Notes under the pieces: generated by a model | Database searches by the model: none | Seen by the model: only the letters and a program-made list of their open reading frames with translations | What the model was told of the DNA's origin: nothing | In this document: in pieces, positions 38,966 to 48,239 of the stretch | Layout: the number at the start of each line of letters is the position of its first letter | Numbering within the stretch: the stretch's first letter is position 1 | From: Gemmataceae bacterium | Lineage (GTDB): Bacteria > Planctomycetota > Planctomycetia > Gemmatales > Gemmataceae | Assembly: GCA_044337875.1 (NCBI GenBank) | Contig: JBIIMS010000005.1 | Location: 142,350 to 206,349 of the forward strand | Reading direction: 5' to 3' | DNA: 64,000 bases | Program-made: the position numbers and the translations under genes

Positions 38966-39191
38966 TCAAGGTGATCCAAAGAACAATCAATTCATGATAG
39001 TATTTGAAATTATAACTAAAACTAAAAAGAATATGGAGTAATAAATAATCTTCTTACATATTCTGAGATTTGCACAGAAGAAGCATAGAGACTGAATTAC
39101 GCTTAAAATTTTGGTAAATTTATTTTTGGTTCAGGCACTTTGCCGATAAATAGACCTGACCCCTTTTTCTCTTTAAGCAAGAAAGGAATGA

Positions 39192-40229
39192 TCATTTCTT
39201 GCTGAAAAAATCCAAGGGCAGGGAAAGCGACCAGACTTCATTGCATAGTGGAGGGATCATACCGCCTGCGATCCAGAGTTTATCTTTGAAAACAAAAGTA
39301 GAGTGCTCGTGCCTTTCCTTCCAACTGGATTTAGAATCGAACCGGATCCAGTTTTTACCATCCTTGGTCACCCATGAATCAGCCCAGTTTTTTGAGGGCT
39401 TATTCGACCAGCCGCCCATAACCCAGATATGATCTCTATAGACAACAGAAGAAAACCACAGCCTTTCACTCCATGGTGCATTTTCTGTTTCCCTAACCCA
39501 GTTGACACCATCGCTGGAAGACCAAACATCGTTGTATGCAAAGTATTCTGGAACATAATTCCCACCACCAAAGACATAGATTTTATCATTGAGAACGGCA
39601 GCTTGATGATAGGCCCTTGGTGCCCACGGAGCGTTCTTAGATTCAAGCTTCCAATCCTTGCCATCTGCGGAAGACCAGACATCATTCTTAAGGCTGTTCT
39701 TATCACCGAAGTAGTAATTTTCTGTACCTCCGAGAATCCAAAGCTTTCCTTTAAACTCAACAATTGCAGAAGCAAGCCTTGGTGACCATTGCGCCTTCGG
39801 AGTAATCTGCTTCCAGTCAGAACCATCGGAGGAGGCCCAGACTTGGTTGCTTGCGGAATGGCCAGGCAGCCTGCCATTGTGCCAACCACCCATCATCCAC
39901 ATCTGGTTTTTAAAGGAGATGGACATGGGCAGATCAGTATGAAGAATCGGAAGATCCTTATGGTTCAGGGTCCAATTTTTCCCATCTGGGGAAGACCATA
40001 GGTCTCTGGGTGGTGCCTCTTTAGAGTTAAACCAACCTCCCAAGATCCAAAGTTTATCACGGTGCACAAACTCGCCTTGGGAGTCGCGTGCCTGCCAAGG
40101 TGCGCTCTTGGTTTCCATGATCCAATCAGGCCCTTGGATGGATTGAAGAGGTTGTTTTTCCTGAGCTATTAGTAAAGAAAAAGGTAAGAAGATTACGGCA
40201 ATCAAAAGTCTTGGAAGAAAAGAAGGCAT
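39192..40229 (-). CDS. Secreted Kelch-like beta-propeller with Asp-box (SxDGxxW) motifs
   Basis: Six-fold periodicity. LWILGGW/IWVMGGW units alternate with WSSPDGKNW, WASSDGSDW, WSSADGKDW, WSSSDGVNW and WVTKDGKNW. Confidence 0.6.
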   Translation of the reverse strand: MPSFLPRLLIAVIFLPFSLLIAQEKQPLQSIQGPDWIMETKSAPWQARDSQGEFVHRDKLWILGGWFNSKEAPPRDLWSSPDGKNWTLNHKDLPILHTDLPMSISFKNQMWMMGGWHNGRLPGHSASNQVWASSDGSDWKQITPKAQWSPRLASAIVEFKGKLWILGGTENYYFGDKNSLKNDVWSSADGKDWKLESKNAPWAPRAYHQAAVLNDKIYVFGGGNYVPEYFAYNDVWSSSDGVNWVRETENAPWSERLWFSSVVYRDHIWVMGGWSNKPSKNWADSWVTKDGKNWIRFDSKSSWKERHEHSTFVFKDKLWIAGGMIPPLCNEVWSLSLPLDFFSKK

Positions 40230-40333
40230 GGGTGGGAACTCCTATGAGAGTCATAGCTAAAGGAAAAACCAGAGGAATGCAATTTGAAAAGGCCAGGCTC
40301 CTAATATTTAAATTATCAGAATAAAAGGGCACT

Positions 40334-40455
40334 AGAAGCAAAAGAATAGCCACGGATTAACACGGATTCAAAACACATAATTCAGATCCGTAAGCGTGAG
40401 CGACGGTAATCCCATCCCTTAGGTACAAAAAATGGAGGAGTTGCAGTGGGGCTTC
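40334..40455. repeat. Intergenic repeat family, locus B (M1-M2-M3)
   Basis: AGCCACGGATTAACACGGA, CAGATCCGTAAGCGTGAGCGACGG, CATCCCTTAGGTACAA and AATGGAGGAGTTGCAGTGGGGCTTC appear in the same order as at 19027-19169. Confidence 0.8.
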
Positions 40456-40501
40456 ATCTGCGAACAAGTGGGCCGATTAAACACAATCTCCCGTAGGTTC
40501 A

Positions 40502-41497
40502 TCATTCATCAGCCTTTGTGATCTTGCCATCATTTCGCCCAGCCAAGTCGCGGAATGTTTGTACATTGATGGTGCTCGGAATCAATCTGGTCGAGCCATC
40601 CATGTTGAGGAAAAGGCTCGAGTTCTGGTGCGGCCCGAAGAAGCTACCCGGACTGGCGGTGGAGGCATTGGGCCCTGTAGAGCGGCAGTGAACTGTCACC
40701 TGTGTGATGGCCGGTCGTGCAGTGACCCCGACCTGCTGACCCAACCGGGCGGCGTGCTGGGCACTAAACACAGAGGCGGCCCCTGGGATAACCCCGGCCC
40801 AACCGTTGGGAGATAAAGCACTCATCCGCTCACCGACACCGATCGTGTTCGATGTGCCGTCAGAAATATCGGCGATCCGTATGCCCTGGTTCCGGTGGAA
40901 CATTCCGTTAAAGGGCTGCTGCTCATACATTGCTGTATATGCCGGGGCATCAGCGGGGTTACCGCCCCCAAGGCAGCCGACATAGCTGGTGGTAGCCATA
41001 TCGGAAATAGTTCCTGCGGTGGCAGGCATCGGGTTGCCACCATTGGCCGGGGCCATCCAAACGGTTGCACGAGTTGGCCCATTATCTGATGGACAGCGGT
41101 AAATTGAAAGCGTGGTGCTGCGTGCTGCGGTGTTCACGGAATTTGTGATAGGCAGGGCGAGGTTGATAGAGCGGTACAGATTCTCTTGCTCCGCAAAAGG
41201 AAGAATGAGTGAGAAGAAACTCCAACCAGGGCCGGACTCAGCTATTGCGTCGTTGCCACCGCCGCTCCAAGTTCCTGTGGTGGTAGAGATGAAGCCGGGC
41301 GGGAACATCCCGAATGTATTTTCATAATTGTGCAGGGCCAAACCGATCTGTTTTAGATTGTTGGCGCATTGGGTGCGTGCAGCAGCTTCGCGGACCTTTT
41401 GAACCGCAGGCAGGAGCAATCCAATTAAAATTGCGATGATTGCAATAACCACAAGCAATTCAATTAGGGTAAACGCACTTGGGACATGACGACGCAC
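40502..41497 (-). CDS. DUF1559 protein with prepilin-type N-terminal methylation motif
   Basis: GTG start with AAGGAG 7 nt upstream. [39 protein letters not shown]. The C-terminus reads [14 protein letters not shown]. Confidence 0.8.
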   Translation of the reverse strand: MRRHVPSAFTLIELLVVIAIIAILIGLLLPAVQKVREAAARTQCANNLKQIGLALHNYENTFGMFPPGFISTTTGTWSGGGNDAIAESGPGWSFFSLILPFAEQENLYRSINLALPITNSVNTAARSTTLSIYRCPSDNGPTRATVWMAPANGGNPMPATAGTISDMATTSYVGCLGGGNPADAPAYTAMYEQQPFNGMFHRNQGIRIADISDGTSNTIGVGERMSALSPNGWAGVIPGAASVFSAQHAARLGQQVGVTARPAITQVTVHCRSTGPNASTASPGSFFGPHQNSSLFLNMDGSTRLIPSTINVQTFRDLAGRNDGKITKADE

Positions 41498-41774
41498 AAC
41501 AGTACTCCTTGAATCAAGAAAATATCCACAATGCTGGCTGTAGCACGGAGACCCTAGTTGGCTAGCAAGCAGGCTTAGGTCAGATGATATTGAGACTTAA
41601 TCTCATTAATAATGATTTTACTAAGCTCGTTCGAATTCGACAAGCAAGCTTGAAAAAATGTTAGTGAATGTGAATCGGTACACTTATACCCACCATCAAC
41701 CAATCTGGGTTAATGTACCCTCGCTTTGCACTTTGATGATTATGTAGGGATGACAAAGCGGCAAGCAATGCACT

Positions 41775-44132
41775 CTACTTTTTCATTTTCCCCTTGGATG
41801 CATCAGCCTCGGGCTTCGTGAGTTCGCGCATCGGGTTGGTAGGCTTCTCGTCCTTATAAAGCTGAAGCTTCGTCTTCACCGCACGGCGCGGCCAGAAATT
41901 GTTCTCTACTTCAGTATCCATCAACTCCTGCCGAGGATCAAAAGTGATCGCCTTAATCTCCTTAACCGTAAGATGAACCTTTGAGGCTTTCTCTGTATTG
42001 AAGCGCCAAATCTCGGCAGGGATCTGCAGTTCCTCACTAGTCCCATCGGTGTATTCAAATTTTAAGGGGACAGGTGTAATCAGACCGCCTACATTGCTGA
42101 GCTCGATCACATAGATATTATGCTTCGTCTGCAACAGCTTGGGATCAATCTTGGCATCTTCAAGTTCCTTGATCAGTGCCTCGTATTTCTTCTTATCGCT
42201 TGGTAGCACCGTGGCCTCATCGTAACTATCGTAGAAATCCTTCAGCTCAGGAAAGCGATCAACGCGCTTGGGGAGTGCTGCATTTCGCTCCTTGGTCAGC
42301 GTCTTGGGCTGGGCCTCGCGTTCAGCCTTGGCCTTGGGCTTCTCGATCGCAGGATCGCGAGAGTCAAGCTGAAGCCAATGGACTTCATCAACAGCAACAT
42401 CAACATGGTCTACACCGTAAAACCAACTACGCCAGAACCAGTCGAGATCCACGCCGCTGGCATCTTCCATCGTGCGGAAGAAATCAGCCGGGGTAGGGCG
42501 CTTGAACATCCATCGCTTGGCATAAATCTTAAAAGCATGATCGAAAGCCTCGCGGCCCAAGATGTTCTCACGGAGAATATTAAGGGCGACAGTCGGTTGG
42601 CCATAGGAGTTGTGCCCAAGGTCGGCGATGGATTCCGAATTGGTCATCACCGGTACCCGATCTTTATGCTTCATGTAATCGATCATCCCGCGGTTGTTGC
42701 GGTTGGGCTTCCAGTTGGCCTCCCATTCTTCTTGAGCGAGGAATTCCAAGAACGAGTTGAGGCCCTCGTCCATCCATGTCCACTGGCGTTCATCGCTGTT
42801 GACGATCATGGGAAAATAATTGTGGCCGACTTCATGGATGACAACACCTATCAGGGCATACTTCGTGCGTTCAGGGTAGGTGCCATCTTTCTCGGGGCGG
42901 GGGCCGTTGAAGCAGATCATCGGGTATTCCATTCCGCCGATGGGGCCATTCACTGACCAAGCCACCGGATAGGGATAATCAAAGGTGTATCGAGAATAAA
43001 CCTCAAGAGTATGGGCGATGGCGTGGGTCGAATATTTGTCCCAAAGCGGCATACCTTCCTTGGGGTAGAGTGACATCGCCATCACTGGCTTGCCCTTTAC
43101 TTCCATGCCTGCCACGGCCATAGCATCCCATACAAACTTGCGTGAGCTGGCAAAGGCGAAGTCGCGAACATTCTCGGCCTGAAAGACCCAAGTCTTCTTA
43201 CCCTTAGGCTTGCCCTTTTCTGCTGCCTTGGCTTCTTCTGGCGTGACTACGAACACGGGCTTCTTGGTTTCTTTCTGCGCTTTTAGAAGTCGTTCACGCT
43301 GAGTCGCATTGAGTACCTCTTCCTCATTTTTAAGGGAACCCGTTGCAGCCACGATATGATCATCGGGCACGGTCAGCGAGACTTTATAATCACCGAACTC
43401 GAGAGTGAACTCGCCGGTGCCGAGAAACTGCTTGTTGATCCAGCCACCATAATCCGTGTATGCAGCCATTCGCGGGAACCACTGTGCGATAGTGTAAATA
43501 GAGTTGCCATCCTCTTTAAAGAACTCGTATCCCGTTCGCGCCATAATGCGTTTAGCATCGTTGATGGGAAAGTTCCAAGCGATCTTAAAAACAAAGTCGG
43601 CACCAGGCTTAAGCGGCTTAGGAAGATCGAGACGCATCATTGTCTTAACAATCGTATGAGGGATACCGCGGCCTTCTGCATCGGTCAACTTGGTTACCTT
43701 CAGTTCGCCGTCATAAGTTTCGTAGGCTAGAAGGCGATCGAGTGCGGTGTAGCTAAACTTTTTTAGATCGACGCCACGCTTAGCGTTGGGAACCATCCGC
43801 GAATCAGCGTTACGTGATAAATAGTTTTGATCGAGTTGAACCCAGAGGTAGTCAAGTGTATCGGGTGAGGCGTTATGGTAGGTAACGGTAGAATCGGCGG
43901 TAAGGGTGCGCTTATCGTCATCGAGTTCAACGCGGATATCGTAGTCAGCGCGGTTCTGCCAGTAGGCTGCACCGGGGGCGCCAGTGGCTAGGCGCTGTTG
44001 AGAGGGCGCTGGTAGGAGGGATTCCAACTGCTGGAACTTCTGCACGGGGCTACCGAGCTTAGCTTCCTGCGCCATTACTAACAACGTGCCCACCAAACCC
44101 AACAACATGACTAAGCCAAGTATTCTTTTCAT
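41775..44132 (-). CDS. Secreted M1-family zinc aminopeptidase
   Basis: GGMEYPMI (GxMEN-type exopeptidase motif) and HEVGHNYFPMIVNSDERQWTWMDEGLNSF (HExxH-x18-E). Signal peptide MKRILGLVMLLGLVGTLLVMA. Confidence 0.85.
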   Translation of the reverse strand: MKRILGLVMLLGLVGTLLVMAQEAKLGSPVQKFQQLESLLPAPSQQRLATGAPGAAYWQNRADYDIRVELDDDKRTLTADSTVTYHNASPDTLDYLWVQLDQNYLSRNADSRMVPNAKRGVDLKKFSYTALDRLLAYETYDGELKVTKLTDAEGRGIPHTIVKTMMRLDLPKPLKPGADFVFKIAWNFPINDAKRIMARTGYEFFKEDGNSIYTIAQWFPRMAAYTDYGGWINKQFLGTGEFTLEFGDYKVSLTVPDDHIVAATGSLKNEEEVLNATQRERLLKAQKETKKPVFVVTPEEAKAAEKGKPKGKKTWVFQAENVRDFAFASSRKFVWDAMAVAGMEVKGKPVMAMSLYPKEGMPLWDKYSTHAIAHTLEVYSRYTFDYPYPVAWSVNGPIGGMEYPMICFNGPRPEKDGTYPERTKYALIGVVIHEVGHNYFPMIVNSDERQWTWMDEGLNSFLEFLAQEEWEANWKPNRNNRGMIDYMKHKDRVPVMTNSESIADLGHNSYGQPTVALNILRENILGREAFDHAFKIYAKRWMFKRPTPADFFRTMEDASGVDLDWFWRSWFYGVDHVDVAVDEVHWLQLDSRDPAIEKPKAKAEREAQPKTLTKERNAALPKRVDRFPELKDFYDSYDEATVLPSDKKKYEALIKELEDAKIDPKLLQTKHNIYVIELSNVGGLITPVPLKFEYTDGTSEELQIPAEIWRFNTEKASKVHLTVKEIKAITFDPRQELMDTEVENNFWPRRAVKTKLQLYKDEKPTNPMRELTKPEADASKGKMKK

Positions 44133-44220
44133 TTCTCACCTCTAAGCTAAAGCTAAACCGTATTCTCTTAACTTTAGGGTAAGGCGTTCACGGAGTCTAT
44201 TTTAATCCACCTCGCCAGCA
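44057..44220 (-). repeat. Duplicated 5' cassette (upstream region, RBS and signal-peptide codons), copy 1
   Basis: Aligns almost base for base with 45103-45267. It includes ATTTCTCACCT.TAAGCTAAAGCTAAAC and TTTTAATCCACCTCGCCAGC on the plus strand, plus the first approximately 25 codons (MKRILGLVM.LGL.G.L..MAQEAKL). Confidence 0.85.
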
Positions 44221-44228
44221 ACAGGAAG

Positions 44229-44252
44229 CAGAGCCGGATGCGCAAGCGACGG
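44229..44252. repeat. Intergenic repeat family, locus C (module M2 only)
   Basis: CAGAGCCGGATGCGCAAGCGACGG compared with 19084-19107 (two substitutions). Confidence 0.7.
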
Positions 44253-44345
44253 TAAAGATGTGAAATAGAAAAAAGGAAGAACCATCGCTAACACTTCAGG
44301 ATTGTAAGAGATCTATTTACGATAGTAGTAAGGTCCACTGTATTA

Positions 44346-45179
44346 TCAAGGAATCGACGCTTTCTCAACAGCAGCCTTCACTTTCGAACGAAGCTCTCTC
44401 AAGCCTGGTTGGATGTCTTTCAGAGCAGGATCATCTTGAAGCTTATCAAGTCGAAAGAGTGTCTCTGTACGTGACCCATCCGGAAGCCGCAAAACGATCT
44501 GAGGGAAGGTCTCTTGCATATAACCAACCAACCGGACAAGTTCGCTCGCACGGTAACTCTCCCTCTCAGTGAGAGTTTTGATGGCCCCAGCAACAACACT
44601 CGCAAGCCCGCGCTTCATTTGATCCAGCCCTTGCATGCGAACCTGATATTTTGGATCGTCTTTTTTGATAGTTGGCAAAAACTCATCAACGATTTCTAGA
44701 AGTACAAGGGCCGATCTTAGCTGAGCCCCCAAAAGCTCTACCATTTCACTGTCGCTCACATCATTTTTCAGAAACCCTGCTAAGTAGAGTTTAAAAACCT
44801 GGTTGCTAGACTGGAAATAATTTATTAATAGTGGAAAGCGGGCATTTAATGGGAATGTGCGATCCTTAAAAAAATCTAGGTTCTGTGCCGAAGTTAAACG
44901 ATCAAAGGCCTTTCCTGATCGTTCACTCTTGTATCGAGGGAGCTGCCTGTACCCTTTTTGTGAAACTAGGGTAAGAACTTTCTCTGCTTTGACCATGTCA
45001 TCACCAGACCAAAGTCTGTCGTAGGCAGGAAGACCGAGGCGGATATACTCCTCTAATGTTAAAGACTCATCATTTGAGGATTTAGGATCTGGAGCTGAGG
45101 CAAGCTTAGCTTCCTGTGCCATCCCAATCAACGCACCCGCCAAACCCAACACCATCACTAAACCAAGTATTCTTTTCAT
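44346..45179 (-). CDS. Secreted protein, unknown function (shares its signal peptide and 5' region with the M1 peptidase gene)
   Basis: 277-aa ORF with signal peptide MKRILGLVMVLGLAGALIGMA. Helical composition, with no motif recognised. Confidence 0.45.
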   Translation of the reverse strand: MKRILGLVMVLGLAGALIGMAQEAKLASAPDPKSSNDESLTLEEYIRLGLPAYDRLWSGDDMVKAEKVLTLVSQKGYRQLPRYKSERSGKAFDRLTSAQNLDFFKDRTFPLNARFPLLINYFQSSNQVFKLYLAGFLKNDVSDSEMVELLGAQLRSALVLLEIVDEFLPTIKKDDPKYQVRMQGLDQMKRGLASVVAGAIKTLTERESYRASELVRLVGYMQETFPQIVLRLPDGSRTETLFRLDKLQDDPALKDIQPGLRELRSKVKAAVEKASIP

Positions 45180-45267
45180 TTCTCACCTTAAAGCTAAAGC
45201 TAAACTGTAGTGTCTTAACTTTAGTACAAGGCATTCTTGGAGTCAATTTTAATCCACCTCGCCAGCT
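45103..45267 (-). repeat. Duplicated 5' cassette, copy 2
   Basis: See 44057-44220. Confidence 0.85.
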
Positions 45268-45290
45268 CCAGCCACGCAGTTCCGGATGGG

Positions 45291-45367
45291 CAAGAAAGCA
45301 GAAGACTAGCCACGGATTAACACGGAAGGAAGAATAAGCAGAAGCATTAGCCACGGAATCAAAACAC
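45291..45367. repeat. Intergenic repeat family, locus D (module M1, two sub-units)
   Basis: AGCAGAAGACTAGCCACGGATTAACACGGAAGGAAGAATAAGCAGAAGCATTAGCCACGGAATCAAAACAC is collinear with 18997-19077. Confidence 0.8.
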
Positions 45368-45494
45368 ATCTTGATTTGGGTTGGTGAATGGCTTCAAAGC
45401 CCATGGACTGTGTTCCATGGGTCGCTTGTTTTTGAATAATGCAAGTGTAAAAGGCAAACCCACCCAGCGCAGTGAGTGGGCTTGAAGGCATTGG

Positions 45495-45519
45495 GAAGAG
45501 GGTTGGGAGTTGGGGGAAG
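45495..45519. repeat. Intergenic repeat family, locus D (module M4)
   Basis: GAAGAGGGTTGGGAGTTGGGGGAAG followed by AAAAAGAAAAAG. Compare 19334-19358 and 19392-19416. Confidence 0.8.
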
Positions 45520-45629
45520 AAAAAGAAAAAGATGAAGGGCCAGTACCAGCGGATTGACATCCGCCGCTCAATGAGACAAAAGTTGCAACGCAGTAGGATT
45601 GGAAGATGTGTTTGCGGAAATTACTGCAA

Positions 45630-46841
45630 TCATTCGCGGCCGAAGGCAGATTCTTCCATAGGTATGGTGATAAAGGGCCAACTGGCTGGATAATACCGGA
45701 CAATCTTCGTTGGGCGAAAGCCATCAAGAAGCATGCCGCATTCGAGTTGTATTTGTATTCCACTAGATCCAGGAACCACAGGCACTTTATTGAATTTCAG
45801 AATGTTGCCACCTTTGCGATCATTTGTTGGATCGTAGGTCATTAGTGATTCCCGCGCAACAGCCATCGTACCCTTCGGTGCAAGATCATCTTTTGCACCA
45901 CCCTTACCAAATAAGGTGGCTGGCCAGCCAATTGGCTCTGGATTGATCTTCGTTAAATCGTTAAATAGGGTAGGATCAACACCATCAAAAAAGGTGAAGG
46001 TGACAAGCTGTTTCTTATCATCAACAGCGTCCACCCAAGCCGGCAAACCGCGTTCCTTAATATGCTGACGATGACTCTCCATCTGATAATTAGTTACCAA
46101 TTTTCGGCTGACATCATCGAGATAGATTTCGCTAATTCGGCCTGGCCCATACAAGCCAACCCAGGTGAGATTGAACTGCACCAACTGATCCTTAGCTAAT
46201 GATTCGAGCGTTCCAAGCCCGCGCTCCTGATAAACCCGTGTGCGACCGAAGAGATCAAACGACTTCGATCCACCGACTGGTTTCCCATCTTGCATAAGTG
46301 TTGCAAGAAGTTTCTTTTTTTCGAGGTTAACACTGTCAATTTTCCAGACCTGCTTCTGCCTAATGCGATAGCTAAAATCATCCTCCACACGTATGCAGCG
46401 TCGAAACGCAGATTCTGGTGAAATGCGATCATGGAACACTGCGATAGGGGGGCGATCATCGGCTTCGCCCTTCAAAAAGCACCATGTATGAAGATGAGTG
46501 CCCAAAGGGATATCGCACAATGCAGCCGGCGCACCGTGATAATAAATCGACCCATAAGGCAACATATCTAAGGGCAATGGCAGATCCCATACTCCGCGAT
46601 CTTGCGAATCATTGCGATCAACACGAATCACCAACTGACGCTCTGGGTGATCAATCTTTATGAGTTCACCTTGGATGTAGTGCGCGGAACCTTCCGGAGG
46701 AAACTGGCCACTAACGAGCTTGAACCAAGGCAATTTTTTATTCGTACCATCATCGGTTCGATATTGTGGTTCTGCCGCCATGGCGGTCATCAATAAACTG
46801 CTAACTGCAACTGAAATTAGTAATGTGAATAATTTTCGCAT
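45630..46841 (-). CDS. Secreted protein of unknown function, third gene of the DUF1592-family/DUF1552 operon
   Basis: 403 aa with signal peptide MRKLFTLLISVAVSSLLMTAMA. It starts 3 nt after the DUF1552 stop. Confidence 0.5.
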   Translation of the reverse strand: MRKLFTLLISVAVSSLLMTAMAAEPQYRTDDGTNKKLPWFKLVSGQFPPEGSAHYIQGELIKIDHPERQLVIRVDRNDSQDRGVWDLPLPLDMLPYGSIYYHGAPAALCDIPLGTHLHTWCFLKGEADDRPPIAVFHDRISPESAFRRCIRVEDDFSYRIRQKQVWKIDSVNLEKKKLLATLMQDGKPVGGSKSFDLFGRTRVYQERGLGTLESLAKDQLVQFNLTWVGLYGPGRISEIYLDDVSRKLVTNYQMESHRQHIKERGLPAWVDAVDDKKQLVTFTFFDGVDPTLFNDLTKINPEPIGWPATLFGKGGAKDDLAPKGTMAVARESLMTYDPTNDRKGGNILKFNKVPVVPGSSGIQIQLECGMLLDGFRPTKIVRYYPASWPFITIPMEESAFGRE

Positions 46842-46844
46842 GGT

Positions 46845-48224
46845 CTAAGCCACCACTTCCGAAAGGACGCCTGTGCTGTCTTGGAACTTTTCTGTTTTCA
46901 CGCCACATCGTTGCAAGATAGTCAGCAGCAAATTGCTTAATCGTGCTTTGTCATCCACAGGGCGGCCACATATTTTGTAATGTTCATTGGCTTCTGCGAC
47001 ATTATATTTACCAATCTTCGGCAGGTTGAAATCGATGTGCTTACCATGCTTCACGCCGAGTTTTTTGCCCCCTGCATAAAGAGTCGGCAGGTTCGCATTT
47101 CCGTGGCTATGGCCATAAGACATACCGCTGCCCCAAAGCACCTGCGTAGTATCCAACAGGTTGCCATCCTCTGCTTGATGCGCTTTTAGTTGGTCGAGAA
47201 AGTAACTTAACTGTTCGACATGGAACGTATCGGTTTGAGTCAGGCGGCGAAGTTGCTCTGGGTCGCCATTATGGTGCGAAAGTCCGTGACGGGTTTGCGA
47301 GATGCCGATATCTGGAATGGCCCCGCCGTTGGCTTCGCTGCCAATCATGCAAGTTATTACGCGAGTGGTATCGGTACGAAGCGCAAGCACCATCAAATCA
47401 TAGAACAGACGGTGATATTCGCGGACCTGATCATGATTCATCTGACGGGTGAATCGCCCTGATACAGAATTATCAAGCTTGGGTCGTGGCACATCGAGCC
47501 AAGTTTCAGCTTTTTTCGTTCGCAGTTCAACCTGGCGCACCGCAGTAAGGTACTCATCCAACTTATTACGATCTTCCGTTCCAAGATTGCTGTTCACGCT
47601 TTGGGCATCCCCCAGCACAGCATCGAGAATACTGCCCCGCTGATTCAAGCGACGGCGAACTGCGTTCTTCCCGCCTGGTTGCTCACCAAACATACGCTCA
47701 AAAATAGTTTTCACATTACGCTCAGATGGAATTTGAATTCCATCGCGGGACCATGCCAACGAAAATCCATCAATGGCCATTTCGAGAGATGGGAAGCGGG
47801 TAGATTCGCCTTGCACCTCTGCAATTAATTGGTCTGCGGAAACCGTATTTCGAAAAGCTCCGCCATTACTGGGAACATTCGCACCTGTCAGCCAAACCTG
47901 ATCGCAATTGTGAGCCTTGCCAATGACCAAGGGATGGTGCAATCCACTGATGGGGGTGACTTCGTTGCGGTGACGCTCCAAAGATTTTAGCGGAGTCGTA
48001 AGTTCATAATCAGCGCCCGCCTTTTCGATCTGCCAACTCAGTGTATTGACACCATTGGGAATATAAAGGAAGACACTGCGTTTCGGAGAGGTCGCCTTGG
48101 GAAGTTCTGAAGCACCATGACTAGTTAAACGCATGCAATCCAACATTGGTAGGGCAATGCTTGCACCTATACCACGCAGGAGATGACGGCGACTAAGGAG
48201 CCATTTATTGGTTAGAATGTTCAT
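46845..48224 (-). CDS. DUF1552 protein (Tat-signal, sulfatase-like fold)
   Basis: [19 protein letters not shown] Tat-like leader, plus [12 protein letters not shown] and LPTLYAGG motifs as recalled for DUF1552. Confidence 0.75.
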   Translation of the reverse strand: MNILTNKWLLSRRHLLRGIGASIALPMLDCMRLTSHGASELPKATSPKRSVFLYIPNGVNTLSWQIEKAGADYELTTPLKSLERHRNEVTPISGLHHPLVIGKAHNCDQVWLTGANVPSNGGAFRNTVSADQLIAEVQGESTRFPSLEMAIDGFSLAWSRDGIQIPSERNVKTIFERMFGEQPGGKNAVRRRLNQRGSILDAVLGDAQSVNSNLGTEDRNKLDEYLTAVRQVELRTKKAETWLDVPRPKLDNSVSGRFTRQMNHDQVREYHRLFYDLMVLALRTDTTRVITCMIGSEANGGAIPDIGISQTRHGLSHHNGDPEQLRRLTQTDTFHVEQLSYFLDQLKAHQAEDGNLLDTTQVLWGSGMSYGHSHGNANLPTLYAGGKKLGVKHGKHIDFNLPKIGKYNVAEANEHYKICGRPVDDKARLSNLLLTILQRCGVKTEKFQDSTGVLSEVVA

Positions 48225-48239
48225 GTCATTTCCTGTTGG

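Noticed and set aside
39368-39889. 173-aa minus-strand ORF in an alternative frame of the Kelch-like gene
   Set aside because: It overlaps the repeat-bearing frame 39192-40229, which shows clear six-fold periodic motifs. The alternative frame has none.
41540-41548. Further degenerate copies of the AGC(C/T/A)ACGGA core (also at 50657-50671)
   Set aside because: Matches of only 8-10 nt without the flanking module sequence are compatible with chance.
42378-42956. 192-aa plus-strand ORF
   Set aside because: It is antisense to the M1 aminopeptidase gene, whose HExxH/GxMEN motifs fix the true frame.
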